Source: a virus (taxonomy: Duplodnaviria; Caudoviricetes). Taken from it: 61,769 nucleotides of DNA. The translations under genes were made by a program, and so were the position numbers. The DNA is taken from positions 1-61,769 of the IMG/VR virus record IMGVR_UViG_3300006033_000029. One strand, given 5' to 3'. Positions 36,343-46,295 of the stretch are shown in pieces. A model generated the notes under the pieces. The model was given only the letters and a program-made list of their open reading frames with translations, ran no database searches and had not been told where the DNA came from. The number at the start of each line of letters is the position of its first letter. Position 1 is the first letter of the stretch.

Positions 36343-37110
36343 TCAGAGCGGGCGACCGTCGATGTAGATTGCCTCGTAGCCGGGCCGCTTCAGAATCTCG
36401 ACGTTGAACGGGATCTGCTGCCACTCGTCGCCCTTCAGAGCGAAGTCGCCGTTGGGCGACAGCTTGACGTATGGCATGTACCAGTCGTAGCGCTTGCCCT
36501 GCGGGTTGTAGCTGATGAAGCGCAGTGCGCCCGCGATCGCCGACGAGCCCGAGATCACACGCTCGCGGGTCTGCGCGGCGACGGTGTAGTCGACGGTCAG
36601 GTCATCGCCATCGACCACGGTGGGCGAGGTGGACAGCAGCGTGATGCGGCCCAGAGCAGCGTCCAGCGTGTAGTCGGTGTTCAGCACCAGAGTGGTCGCA
36701 CCCTTGCTGACGGTGACTGCGGTGACGTTGCGGACGCCCGAGGGGTTCGTCGGCGACATGCCGAGTTGATAGGTCAGGCCCTTCTTGACGTCGTTCATCG
36801 CTTCGTCGTTCACGCTCGCAGCAGCAGTCGCGAAGATCTCCGAGGTTCCGAAGAAGAACAGCGCCAGGTTCTCGGGGCTCACGTTGTCGGTAATGAACGA
36901 CGCCGTGCGGTTGGTCTGCAGCACGATCGATTCGTCCTTCTCGCGCACACCCCGGTCGGAGTTGTAGTGATCGAGGTTCTCCGACTCGATGGTCGCGCTG
37001 AACTCGGGCGAGTTGCCGATGTACCGCTCGCCGCTCAGGACGAAGTTGACGGGATCCGAAAAACGGTCGAAGTGCAGTTCGCCGCGACCGAGCGTGTAGT
37101 TGTTTGCCAT
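36343..37110 (-). CDS. Major tail tube protein
   Basis: NYTLGRGELHF...ERYIGNSPEF...PNGDFALKGDEW. Confidence 0.9.
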   Translation of the reverse strand: MANNYTLGRGELHFDRFSDPVNFVLSGERYIGNSPEFSATIESENLDHYNSDRGVREKDESIVLQTNRTASFITDNVSPENLALFFFGTSEIFATAAASVNDEAMNDVKKGLTYQLGMSPTNPSGVRNVTAVTVSKGATTLVLNTDYTLDAALGRITLLSTSPTVVDGDDLTVDYTVAAQTRERVISGSSAIAGALRFISYNPQGKRYDWYMPYVKLSPNGDFALKGDEWQQIPFNVEILKRPGYEAIYIDGRPL

Positions 37111-37136
37111 GACAGGTCAGTCCTTTCAGTTGGCGA

Positions 37137-37171
37137 ATCACCCAAAGTGTGAGGATCACTATACAGGTGAT
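37137..37171. promoter_or_regulatory. Tandem operator sites upstream of the major tail gene
   Basis: ATCAC-CCAAAGT-GTGAG (37137) and ATCAC-TATACAG-GTGAT (37155). Confidence 0.75.
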
Positions 37172-37186
37172 TCAGTGGATGGAAAA

Positions 37187-37717
37187 TCAGGAGTAGGGTT
37201 CCTCAAGTGTCTCTGCCAAGCGCAAGGTGAGCGTTAACCAGAAGAAGGCGTCTGCGGTGGCGTCTTCGGGTGGGCGCACGCTCCCCTGGCCGATATACAT
37301 CTCCATGACGCGACCATCCATTTCCAGGATGTTGTTGCCGCGATCACGCTTCTTCTCTTTGATAAGAACCGCTTTGACTTCGGACATCAGGTGATGAGCC
37401 GGGTCAGATGGGTTCTGACGATCATCGTCGGCGAAGCCTTGGATGAGCAACTCCCACGGGCCGGTCGAGCCGTGGTGATCCCCACGGGCCTGCGCGACCT
37501 CGGCCGGGATCGGCGCTTCGAGAATCGACACCATTGGGATCGGGTCGTCCTGGTCGTAACGGATGCGACCACGGAAGACTTTCTTGCGCAGGTCAAAGTG
37601 GTAGCCGTTGTCGGGGTTCACCTCTTCGATCGCGCGAGTCAGTCGACGCAGAACCCGGAGACGGAACGGAACCGGCTTCACATCGAGAGTGCCGTTGCAG
37701 TAGAGAATGGGCAGCAT
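37187..37717 (-). CDS. Tail terminator/completion protein
   Basis: VFRGR...PMVSILEAP...LLIQGF..DD; synteny. Confidence 0.75.
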   Translation of the reverse strand: MLPILYCNGTLDVKPVPFRLRVLRRLTRAIEEVNPDNGYHFDLRKKVFRGRIRYDQDDPIPMVSILEAPIPAEVAQARGDHHGSTGPWELLIQGFADDDRQNPSDPAHHLMSEVKAVLIKEKKRDRGNNILEMDGRVMEMYIGQGSVRPPEDATADAFFWLTLTLRLAETLEEPYS

Positions 37718-38313
37718 CAGAATGGCTCCAAATCCAGCAGGCGCGTGAACTCCTCTTCCAGGAAGACTGCCGCGTCCTTCTTCGTCATCTCCCGCGCATA
37801 GTTGAACGCCTGATTGACGCTGATACCATAGAGCAGCCACAGCCCCTCAGCCAGCTTGCTCGGCTTGTAGGCGGCGTCGGGGCGGGCTCCACGAGCGGTG
37901 CGAACTGCCAACCCGAGGTTGCTGTTCTCTCCCTTGGCGCCGCGCAGTTTGACCGGGAACGCGCGCTCAAGCGTAGCACTGCGCCCCTTCTTCATCTCGA
38001 TCACGACACCCATACGATTGACGGTGCCGCTGATCATGAAGCGAGCAAGCGATGTCGCTCTGGCGCGGGCGGTGAGCATCGCCTCAAGGTTTGAAGTGCG
38101 AGCCCGCTTGCTGACGACCAGACGACCTTTACTCGGGTCCAGGTAGTTGCCCGGGAAATTATACTGTCTGCGCATCGCGTCAGCGCTGTGAGCACGGGAG
38201 AAGTCGGCAGTCCTGTTGATCGCACGGAGAGCCGCTGTCTCGATTCTGGGCTTCAGGTCCACGAGGTCGAGATCTTCCAGACCTTCAACGAAGACAGCAT
38301 ATTCTCCGCTCAT
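37717..38313 (-). CDS. Neck/tail completion protein (gpZ-like)
   Basis: AALRAINRTA, TSLARF, LLYGISVNQAF. Confidence 0.75.
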   Translation of the reverse strand: MSGEYAVFVEGLEDLDLVDLKPRIETAALRAINRTADFSRAHSADAMRRQYNFPGNYLDPSKGRLVVSKRARTSNLEAMLTARARATSLARFMISGTVNRMGVVIEMKKGRSATLERAFPVKLRGAKGENSNLGLAVRTARGARPDAAYKPSKLAEGLWLLYGISVNQAFNYAREMTKKDAAVFLEEEFTRLLDLEPF

Positions 38314-38687
38314 CGTGCGCGCTCTGGATATGGGAAATTCCGCAGCTTTTCAGCAGGAACACGCAACACGTTCGCCGTCACCGTGATGTCTTCGGGAGGC
38401 TGAACAGTGTCGATCTGGTACACCAGGTCTTTCTCAACACTGATGTAGAAATTCCGGGACGGCTTGACCTCGCTCAGCAGCATCTCGATGCGCGGCGTGT
38501 TGTCGAGCACTTCGGCATAGTTGAAGTTGGTGCCCTTGAGATCGCCCAGGCTTTGAAAGCGATCAGTGATGATCACACGGATTTCGACCGGAGCATCGGC
38601 GGGATCCTTGAAATAGAAGGCAGTTCGAGCCATCCGCTCGAACTTCTTCCGTGTGGATCTGCGCAATGCTTCGGTGAAGCGGTCCAT
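38310..38687 (-). CDS. Head-tail joining protein (gpFII-like)
   Basis: Synteny; YQIDTVQPPEDITV. Confidence 0.65.
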   Translation of the reverse strand: MDRFTEALRRSTRKKFERMARTAFYFKDPADAPVEIRVIITDRFQSLGDLKGTNFNYAEVLDNTPRIEMLLSEVKPSRNFYISVEKDLVYQIDTVQPPEDITVTANVLRVPAEKLRNFPYPERAR

Positions 38688-38908
38688 CAGCGCCGCTTCC
38701 CCCGTTTGCCCCAGCCCTTCGGGGCGGGCGAGTCAGCAGGCGGCTCAAGCAGCATTTCAAGTTGCGGTGCGGGTAGACGAACGGAACCCTGAGCAGCCAG
38801 TTCCTCTGCTACTTGACGCGGTAGAACAAGCGTCACCGGAGGACGATGCACTTCTCCTGCCCATTCGACAGTGTGGATCAGAGTGACTTCGATGGTTCCG
38901 TTCGTCAT
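38687..38908 (-). CDS. Hypothetical head-associated protein
   Basis: Coupled ORF after the capsid gene. Confidence 0.6.
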   Translation of the reverse strand: MTNGTIEVTLIHTVEWAGEVHRPPVTLVLPRQVAEELAAQGSVRLPAPQLEMLLEPPADSPAPKGWGKRGKRR

Positions 38909-38919
38909 GACTTCCCCCG

Positions 38920-39198
38920 TCAGGCCAGGTCGTTGTCGGGCTTCTTGTCGCCAGCAGATTCGACCTTCTTGTCGTCAGCCTTCTCGGCCTTCGCAGCGCG
39001 CTTCTTCTGCTCTTTGACCATGCGCTTGCTTTCGGCCTCGGCGATCTCGCCGATCGTGGCCTTGCGCAGATAGCCGTTGGCGATCGCGGCCTCGGCTTCA
39101 TCTTCGGGGAAGTCGAAAGCGATGGTGTTGGCAGGCGCGCAGAACTTCTTGCCGTCGACCAAGTAGTAGAGACGCACGAGTGCGAGGTATTGGTTCAT
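38920..39198 (-). CDS. Hypothetical protein (gpFI-like position) ending DKKPDNDLA
   Basis: SD GAGGAG; charged tail. Confidence 0.7.
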   Translation of the reverse strand: MNQYLALVRLYYLVDGKKFCAPANTIAFDFPEDEAEAAIANGYLRKATIGEIAEAESKRMVKEQKKRAAKAEKADDKKVESAGDKKPDNDLA

Positions 39199-39223
39199 AT
39201 GAGTTCTCCTCAGAAACAGCGTT

Positions 39224-39248
39224 CGCCCGGCAGACCATCTGCCGGGCG
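39224..39248. terminator. Hairpin downstream of the major capsid gene
   Basis: Stem CGCCCGGCAGA/TCTGCCGGGCG. Confidence 0.65.
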
Positions 39249-39256
39249 TTTGTTTA

Positions 39257-40360
39257 TCAGATGTTCAGGACGGTCGCCTTGAACGTGCGGTTCGGGAACC
39301 GGGGGATCGGCAGCGGCGCCGACTGCGACAGCATGTTGATCGCCGAGGGGTTCGGGATCTCGTACTGCTTCTGGAAGATGTCGGTGCGGATGCCCGCCGC
39401 CGACGCCTGAACGTCGTAGATCGCGCCGAACGCCATCAGCCCGTTGACGCCCGGGGCCGACATGAAGATGTCGTTCGGGTTGAGCATCTCGACCGTGTTG
39501 CCGGCGTCAGTCAACTGCTGATCCCGATAGGTCCAGACATCCAGAGCGCCGCCCGTGCCGCCGATACGGCCCAGATAGGCCGGTCTGTTGTTGTCGTCGG
39601 ACATACCAGTCACAACCAGGCCGCGCTGGAAGGACGTTCCTTCGCCGCCACGGTATTTCGTATCGAGCAGCTCCTTGATCTGGTTGTTCGCCATGAAAGG
39701 AGCCACGACGTTTGCGCCAAGGATCAGGTTGTTGTAGTTGCCACCGAACTGCGCAGCACGGCCAAGTCCGACCCATTCCGACAGGTCGCCGAGGATGTCG
39801 TGCGTCGGACTGGACCAGTCGATGCCGGCCGAGTAGGCCACGGTCAGGTTGGGATCGCGGCCGAAGCTGATGGTGACTTCCGGATTCGGCTGACCCTGGT
39901 CATGCTCGTACTTCACGGTAACAGCAGCGTCGATCAGGGCACGGGCGCACATGTAGTCCCAGGTCCGGTAGATCGAGGTGAGGTGCTGCTCGGCGACCTC
40001 AGAAGTGCGCAGATCGAAGCGGGCCTGCATGTCGAGTCGCTCGCCGGTCAGCACTTCTTCCGGGGTCAGCGACGTCGCGTCTTCCGGACGAACCGCGTCC
40101 AGCAGCTTGATGTAGGCCGGCGTGAAGGTCTCGACGGACATACCGCGATGCTTCACGATAGGCTTGCCCATATGCGAAGGCTGAGCGAAGGGCGCCATCG
40201 CACGGGTTCCGGTGATCTTGCCGAAGGCGATCTCCATGTTGTCGGAGAAGAACGGCGTGCCGCCGAAGTAGGTGCGGCGAAACCAGTCGGTCGGGTTTTC
40301 CAGTCGCGCGTCGCGGCGGATCTCGACGAGTTCCCGCTGCGAGAAAATGCTGAGAGCCAT
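39257..40360 (-). CDS. Major capsid protein (lambda gpE family)
   Basis: MAPFAQP, FTPAYIK, LMAFGAIYD, MLSQSAPLPIP. Confidence 0.93.
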   Translation of the reverse strand: MALSIFSQRELVEIRRDARLENPTDWFRRTYFGGTPFFSDNMEIAFGKITGTRAMAPFAQPSHMGKPIVKHRGMSVETFTPAYIKLLDAVRPEDATSLTPEEVLTGERLDMQARFDLRTSEVAEQHLTSIYRTWDYMCARALIDAAVTVKYEHDQGQPNPEVTISFGRDPNLTVAYSAGIDWSSPTHDILGDLSEWVGLGRAAQFGGNYNNLILGANVVAPFMANNQIKELLDTKYRGGEGTSFQRGLVVTGMSDDNNRPAYLGRIGGTGGALDVWTYRDQQLTDAGNTVEMLNPNDIFMSAPGVNGLMAFGAIYDVQASAAGIRTDIFQKQYEIPNPSAINMLSQSAPLPIPRFPNRTFKATVLNI

Positions 40361-40423
40361 GTTGATGTCCTTTCAACTCTCGGGTGATGGGAGAACGGCC
40401 CCGCCGAAGCGGGGACGCAGCGG

Positions 40424-40861
40424 TTACGGGGTGTAGGTCTTCGGGGCGCCGACCTTGATGTTCGGTTCCAGAGCCCGGATCGCCGCCAGCTTCTTCGCGT
40501 CGGTGTCGAACGTCGCGTCCCACACCAGGCGGTTGAAGTTGAAGTGGCCGGTCTTGTAGACCAGAGCACCCTTGTAGTTGGTCGAAGCGTCGGTGGTGAC
40601 GGCCTCCGCCAGGATACCGATCGGGTTGATCGCGTTGGTGGGGGTCGCGTTCCACGTCGCCTTGACCAGACGTCCGTTGGTGTCCTTGCCGACGACGGTG
40701 AACGCCGCGAGGGTCTGCGAAGCGGCCACGACTTCGGTGAACGTCACCGGCTCGGGATGCGTCGACAGGAACAGCGATTCTGGGGTCGCGCCGATTGTGT
40801 CCGAGGTTCGGGCCGGGATGCCGAGGCCCGAGTCCACGGCAGGAATGGGATAGTTCGCCAT
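40424..40861 (-). CDS. Head decoration protein (gpD-like)
   Basis: PIGILAEAV...VYKTGHFN...LVWD; between the protease and capsid genes. Confidence 0.85.
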   Translation of the reverse strand: MANYPIPAVDSGLGIPARTSDTIGATPESLFLSTHPEPVTFTEVVAASQTLAAFTVVGKDTNGRLVKATWNATPTNAINPIGILAEAVTTDASTNYKGALVYKTGHFNFNRLVWDATFDTDAKKLAAIRALEPNIKVGAPKTYTP

Positions 40862-40889
40862 GTGATTACTCCTTCATGGTCTCAGGGGT

Positions 40890-42152
40890 TCACTTCTTGT
40901 CCCAGCCACGCATGGCCGCGACACGCTGAGCGCGCGAGGGCTGCTGGTCTTCGTCGGTGCCGCCAGCGCTGATGTTCGGCGCACCGCCCTCGACGGCGGA
41001 TTGGAACTGCGCAGCCGGGGTCGTAAGCGCGGTCGAAGCTGCTTCCTCGGGCATGTCGGCCAGGCTGGCATTCGCTTCATCCAGCGACAGCGCGGTCTTC
41101 ATCGCGAGGGACATCGCAGCCTTCGGCCGCTTCTTGCCTTCTTCGCTGGCGAGGATCGCCGCGATGCGGGCACGTTCGGCAGTCGCACCGGCCTTCACGC
41201 CTTCAGCGTGACCTTCAGCGCGAGCGGCGTCGATGGCGGCTTGATCGACCGCCGCAGAGGTCTCTTTGGTCATGTGCTCATCTCCTTGGACTTGAGCGGT
41301 TTCGAGATCAGCGGCAAAAGCCGCCACGGCGTCATCAAGCGGCCCGACTGCATCAGCAAGGCCGATTGAAATTGCCTCGGAAGGCGAGTAGGTGAGGGCT
41401 TCCGTCTTGCGGACATTCTCACTATCCATCTTCCGGTTTCGGGCCACGGTGGCCACGAACACTTCTCCAAGTTCATCGATGCGGGCTTGGATACGCGCCC
41501 GGGCGTCTTCGCCCAGAGCCTCGTAAGGGTTGCCGTCGGTCTTGTGCTTGCCGAACTGGATGAAGGTGACCTTGATCCCTTCGTTCTCAAGCGCCTTGGA
41601 ATAGTCGACGTGAGCGCTCACAACGCCGATCGAGCCCACGCCACCAGTACGCGACATGACGATCTTGTCGGCCAGCGAGGCGATGGCGTATGCGGCCGAG
41701 TAGGCGTACTCATGGGCGAAGGCACGCACCGGCTTGTTGCCCTTAGCCGCGAACATCTTGTCCACGGCATCGAAGCAGCCCGACACGTCGCCGCCCGGGG
41801 AATTGATCAAGAAGGCGATGCCGCGCACGTTGGCGTCAGCCATGCCACGCTGGAACGCCTTGAGGATGTAGTCGTAGCCGGTCGCCCAACCACCAATGGT
41901 CCAAGGAAAGTCGTGCAGCAGAACACCTTTGACCGGAATGGTCAGGATGCCGTCTCTGACGTTGTAGGGCCGGTAGCGAGCACGCCAGTCGTCGTCGCGG
42001 AACCAGAAATCGTCCTGCCCTGAAGCAGCGAGCAACTTCGGAAGATCCTCATGCGCAGAGAGTGCCGCCAGATTGGCGTTGAACACGCTCTGCTGTTGCA
42101 CGGAGACCAGCGACGGGTTGTCCTGAAAACTGGCGAGGAATGTCTCAAGCAT
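40890..42152 (-). CDS. S49 prohead protease with C-terminal scaffold
   Basis: INSPGG, AYSAAYAIAS, GSIGVV, FVATVARNR. An internal GGAG-ATG at MTKETS suggests a nested scaffold start. Confidence 0.93.
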   Translation of the reverse strand: MLETFLASFQDNPSLVSVQQQSVFNANLAALSAHEDLPKLLAASGQDDFWFRDDDWRARYRPYNVRDGILTIPVKGVLLHDFPWTIGGWATGYDYILKAFQRGMADANVRGIAFLINSPGGDVSGCFDAVDKMFAAKGNKPVRAFAHEYAYSAAYAIASLADKIVMSRTGGVGSIGVVSAHVDYSKALENEGIKVTFIQFGKHKTDGNPYEALGEDARARIQARIDELGEVFVATVARNRKMDSENVRKTEALTYSPSEAISIGLADAVGPLDDAVAAFAADLETAQVQGDEHMTKETSAAVDQAAIDAARAEGHAEGVKAGATAERARIAAILASEEGKKRPKAAMSLAMKTALSLDEANASLADMPEEAASTALTTPAAQFQSAVEGGAPNISAGGTDEDQQPSRAQRVAAMRGWDKK

Positions 42153-43863
42153 TCTGGTTCTCTACTGCACTGTCGGGATTGTCGGCCTCGGTGCTCGGAG
42201 TCAACGCAGCGGTCATAGTCTGGTTGCCGGGGAACACGAGTTCTCTCTTCTTGATGTCGGCCTGCTCACGCTGCTGCTGTGCGAAGACCTGGCGCCAGTC
42301 GTTGCCGAGGCGCGCGTGCTCCTGCTCGTAAGTGCTGAGACCGCTCTGCAGGCGCAGGACCGCCGCCTGGGTTTCCTTCAACTCGTCGATCTGGCCGCGC
42401 GATGCGCCGATCCACTCTGCCGAGGAGTATGCCTCCTTGTTCATCCGCTCCCAGAACGACGGAGCGTTGCGCGGCATCGAGGTAATCTCGCCGATGGCGA
42501 TGGCTTCTTCCAGCCAGAGCGAATAGATGATGTTGGCGAACCTGTCGGCGACGTTACGCTTCACCGACTGCATGGTCTTCCACGTCTCGTTGTTCGCGGC
42601 CCGAGCCGACGAGTAGTTCGTCTTGCTGTAGTCCTTCGACAACTGCTCGTAGCTGACGCCGAGGATCGCCGCGATGTAGCGAAGAAGGCTCTGCTCGAAG
42701 TCAGTGCCGATCAGACCGCCCTGCGACGGGCTGCGCAGGTTCAGCTTCATGCCCGGCAGAAGATGCGGAACCTTGACGCCATCAAGAGTCAGGTTCTCCG
42801 AAGTGCTGGCGTAGGCTTCCGAGGCGGTCATGTAGCCCGATGTCACCGACGCCAAAGCCTTCGCCACCGCGTTGCTGTCCAGTTGCCCGCCGCCGATGGC
42901 TTGGAACACGACTTCGCTGGGCAGTTCCGACTCGATGGTCGCGGCGTAGGTCGCGTTCAGGACGGCGTTCTGCAGCGTCACCTCTCGGAATCGCTTGGTG
43001 ATGCGAGACTCCTTGAGCCCAGCGACCATAGCCGAGAAACCGCGCGACTGTGCGGCCCGCTGCTGCTCGAAGATGTGGATCACCTTGTCACGGCCCCATC
43101 CATAAGTGCGGGCGACGCGTGTCCACGAGTTGCGTGCCTGCATGATGTCGCCAGGATGGACGTCGCGGATGTGGTATGCGACAGGAGCGCCGTAGCGGTC
43201 CTTTTCCACGCCCATGCTCATCTGCGGTCCATCGCGCATCGTCGGCGGCGTGCTCAGACGATCGGGGTCGATCAGTTGAATCGCGGTGCGGAACGGCTTG
43301 CGGTCACGCGGGTATTCAGCAGTGCCGAAAACTTCGCCGGTCGTCGTGAACTGTGCGATGGCGAGACGGACAAGACCGGTCAGAGTGTTGACGCGCTGAG
43401 CATCGACATAGCACGACGGGCTCTCGGCCCACAGCGTGAACTTGCTCTCGACTTCGGTCTGAAATTCCTCAGCCCACGTCTCGTCCAAAGCCGAATTCTC
43501 AAAAGACAGATACTTGTAGTTCGGCTTGGAGTTCAGCAGGAACATCGCGCCGACAATGCTGTCCTTGCGGATCTCAGCACCGGCAGCGGCGTATGCGTCA
43601 TTGCGGATGGTGTCGCGAACGCGGGCATCCATCAGTCGCTTGGACGGAGCCAGGTCGCGGTCGGCCGAGCGCACGGGCGGCTGGAACAGCAGCATCTCTT
43701 GCGAGAGACGGCTTCCGGCCTCATACGCCTCGCCGATCATGGCTTTCGGGACGGCGCCCGTGTCGGGCTGGAGAACTTCACCAGACACGGGCGCCCTTGA
43801 CAAGGGCGAGATGACCGCCCCGGCCAATTCGAGGATCTCTTGTCTACGGCTCGCACGCACCAT
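42145..43863 (-). CDS. Portal protein (lambda family)
   Basis: QLIDPDRL, GVEKDRYGAPVAYHI, QSRG, YSKTNYSSARA, IDELKE. Confidence 0.95.
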   Translation of the reverse strand: MVRASRRQEILELAGAVISPLSRAPVSGEVLQPDTGAVPKAMIGEAYEAGSRLSQEMLLFQPPVRSADRDLAPSKRLMDARVRDTIRNDAYAAAGAEIRKDSIVGAMFLLNSKPNYKYLSFENSALDETWAEEFQTEVESKFTLWAESPSCYVDAQRVNTLTGLVRLAIAQFTTTGEVFGTAEYPRDRKPFRTAIQLIDPDRLSTPPTMRDGPQMSMGVEKDRYGAPVAYHIRDVHPGDIMQARNSWTRVARTYGWGRDKVIHIFEQQRAAQSRGFSAMVAGLKESRITKRFREVTLQNAVLNATYAATIESELPSEVVFQAIGGGQLDSNAVAKALASVTSGYMTASEAYASTSENLTLDGVKVPHLLPGMKLNLRSPSQGGLIGTDFEQSLLRYIAAILGVSYEQLSKDYSKTNYSSARAANNETWKTMQSVKRNVADRFANIIYSLWLEEAIAIGEITSMPRNAPSFWERMNKEAYSSAEWIGASRGQIDELKETQAAVLRLQSGLSTYEQEHARLGNDWRQVFAQQQREQADIKKRELVFPGNQTMTAALTPSTEADNPDSAVENQNA

Positions 43864-44084
43864 CAGAAGAACGCCCTCATGGGCGGTCGCGGAGCAGTCG
43901 GCAGACCGAGTTGAGACTTGAGATCTTGGATGTAAGTGCGCAGACGCGGCAGCGTGGTGGAATTGTATTCGACGCGCTGTCCGTTCTGATGAACGATGAC
44001 CTTCACGCTCTGCCCGATGGCGAGTTCGTGGTATGCCTGCTCGGCTTCCTTCAGAAGCGCAGTCAGTTCTTCCCGCGTCGCCAC
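43863..44084 (-). CDS. gpW head-tail joining protein
   Basis: EAEQAYHELAIG...NGQRVEY...LRTYIQDLKSQLG. Confidence 0.9.
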   Translation of the reverse strand: MATREELTALLKEAEQAYHELAIGQSVKVIVHQNGQRVEYNSTTLPRLRTYIQDLKSQLGLPTAPRPPMRAFF

Positions 44085-44117
44085 CAACGAGCCCTCACAA
44101 TGGTCTGTGCTAGAAGT

Positions 44118-44154
44118 ATCACTGTTAGGGTGATCGTGCAACGCTGAAAGTGAT
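44118..44154 (-). promoter_or_regulatory. Tandem operators within a probable head-gene promoter
   Basis: ATCAC-TGTTAGG-GTGAT (44118) and GCAAC-N7-GTGAT (44138). The minus strand reads TTGCAC-N17-TACTTC. Confidence 0.75.
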
Positions 44155-44159
44155 GACGT

Positions 44160-46295
44160 TCAGCCGAGTTTCTTGCCGAGTGCTCGCAAGGCTTCGAGTG
44201 GGTCTTCGGTCTGTTTTACGCTGAAAGGCTCGTCGTCCTCGTCCCGCAAGATCAGCGGGTTCTTGTCCCAATCCCAAGCCCACTCCGGAAGTTTCGCCTC
44301 GTCCGACCAATCGAATTTCTCCACGGCGCCGAACTTCGGCAGCACCCGAAGGCCGAGCGTGTAGACCAGAAGGTCGGTGCTTTCGTTCCGCAGGCTTCTC
44401 GGGTTCTCCCAGCGACGGGTCTTCTTGTCGTACACCTCGACGCACAGTTCCTGGTAGAACCAGAGTTTCAGATGAGAAGCGAAGCTGATCATCCCGCCAC
44501 CTGGCTCAGTGCGGTCGAGCATTCCATCTAATTGCGTCTTGAGCGCGTTGACGTTCAGTTCGAGAATCGGGATCTCGCCTCGCGCCCCAGCGTTGCGGTC
44601 CTTTCGACCGGAATCCGGGTATCCAATCTTCGCCCGCGGGGCTTCGACTGTTGACATGCCCTTAAGCAGATGGAAGACCTGAAAGAAGGTGTTGGGATGT
44701 TCGTTGCGCAATTTTCGAACGAACTCATATGCGCGGGCAGTCACCCCCTTTGCACCGGCCGAGTCGCAGACGGTGAACTTGATCGGCATTCGCCGGCCAG
44801 AGCCGTCGATCAGAGGATAGGTGCGACGCATGACATCGGTGATCAGCACGTCCCAATCTTCGAGATACGCCCCGGGCTTCAACGGGTAGGGGTGACCTTC
44901 CGAGTCGAGGCGCGGTGCCTTGCGCAGCGTGAATCGGTCAACGATCTTGATGTCGCCACCCGGCGCGTGACCGTGGATCTGCACAACGAAGCGACCTGGC
45001 GAGTCCTGCACGTCGACGGCGGCAGTCAGGAAGCGCACGCCTTCTGGCACATGTGGGTCATCTTCGTCGCCCCAATCGTTGCCGACTGAACGGGCGCGCA
45101 GTTGCTCGGGTGTCCGCTCGCTGGTGAGACTCGGCGGGAGGAATGGGAGCCCTAGATCGACGTTCACGACCGCTTTCAGCGTCTCGTGGTCCATCGTCTT
45201 CTCGTATTCGCGGTACGCTTCGAGGTATCGCTGCACGAGTTCGCGCCAGGTCACGAAGGCCGCTGCCGGCCCCTTCAGCCAGAAGGATGCGACCTCTGAC
45301 TCCTCGCCCTTGCCGACAACGATGCCATCTGACGTGATCTTCTGGCCGTCACGCAGCCATTTACCTTTCTTGTTCAGCCCGTACTTGCCAGGCTGCGGGA
45401 CGGGCTTTGCTGTCTGATCGGCATCGTGGGTATGTGGGAAGCCGCACTCCGGACAGATCATCCGCACGTTCGCCGCCTTCTCGGCGACGCTCATGTTCTC
45501 GTCCTTTGGCCATTCCAGTTTGTCGAAGTCAGGCTCGAAGTATTCGTTGCACTGCGCGCAGGGCACATACCAGCGGCGGCGATCACCCGTGTTGTAGACA
45601 CTCAGCAGACCGACCGTCGGTGGCGCCTCATGTGGGGTCTTGGGCTGGAAGTGTGGATCCAATACCTCAAAACCGGGCGAGCCTTCAGCCACGGTCATGC
45701 CGCGACGGCGCGCAGTCTGCGTCCGCTTCTTGGCGAGAGGCCATGGCGCACCTTGACCTTCGACGTTCATGTCCATGCGGTCATAGTCAGCGAGCCATAC
45801 ACGGCGCAGCGTCTTGCCCGAAAGTTCGGTGATCGACGGCCACTTGATCAGCAGCCGCATCCCGCTCTTGAAGCGCACGACCTCGGTGTTGATGTTCTGC
45901 TTGCCAGGGATGATCGTGTCTGCCAAGGCTGGGCTCTGCCGGATGGCTTTGCGCAGATCACCTTGTGACCAGTCCCGCGCGACGCTCTGCGTCATGCCAA
46001 TGAACATCATGTCGGCCGGGTCGCACTTGGCGCTGTAGATCAGCCAGTTGAAGAAGGGCTCTGATTTGCCGCATCGTGCGGGACCGACGAAAACCAGACC
46101 AGTGAAGTCCAGCGACTCCATCGTGTCCATGATTTCGACCAGATATGGCGCGACGTCGTTATCCCACGGGCCGCTGGTGATGTCGTTGCTGAGGCGTCGA
46201 TACTTCCCCGCCGCTTCCGACACGCTGAGGCGCTCAGGCGGGCGAATGGCCTGCGCGATTTCCTTGAGTAGATCGCCGAAGGTGCGGAAGGTCAC
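44160..46295 (-). CDS. terL: Terminase large subunit (lambda GpA family)
   Basis: GPWDNDVAPYL, Walker A GPARCGKS, GDRRRWYVPCAQC, AAVDVQ, RNESTD. Confidence 0.95.
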   Translation of the reverse strand: MTFRTFGDLLKEIAQAIRPPERLSVSEAAGKYRRLSNDITSGPWDNDVAPYLVEIMDTMESLDFTGLVFVGPARCGKSEPFFNWLIYSAKCDPADMMFIGMTQSVARDWSQGDLRKAIRQSPALADTIIPGKQNINTEVVRFKSGMRLLIKWPSITELSGKTLRRVWLADYDRMDMNVEGQGAPWPLAKKRTQTARRRGMTVAEGSPGFEVLDPHFQPKTPHEAPPTVGLLSVYNTGDRRRWYVPCAQCNEYFEPDFDKLEWPKDENMSVAEKAANVRMICPECGFPHTHDADQTAKPVPQPGKYGLNKKGKWLRDGQKITSDGIVVGKGEESEVASFWLKGPAAAFVTWRELVQRYLEAYREYEKTMDHETLKAVVNVDLGLPFLPPSLTSERTPEQLRARSVGNDWGDEDDPHVPEGVRFLTAAVDVQDSPGRFVVQIHGHAPGGDIKIVDRFTLRKAPRLDSEGHPYPLKPGAYLEDWDVLITDVMRRTYPLIDGSGRRMPIKFTVCDSAGAKGVTARAYEFVRKLRNEHPNTFFQVFHLLKGMSTVEAPRAKIGYPDSGRKDRNAGARGEIPILELNVNALKTQLDGMLDRTEPGGGMISFASHLKLWFYQELCVEVYDKKTRRWENPRSLRNESTDLLVYTLGLRVLPKFGAVEKFDWSDEAKLPEWAWDWDKNPLILRDEDDEPFSVKQTEDPLEALRALGKKLG

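Noticed and set aside
42316-43800. Long plus-strand ORFs antisense to structural genes (e.g. 42316-43800, 20075-21427, 26844-27941, 50055-51266)
   Set aside because: Typical stop-poor antisense shadows of GC-rich coding sequence with no recognisable motifs, unlike the two same-strand nested ORFs, which carry clear family motifs.
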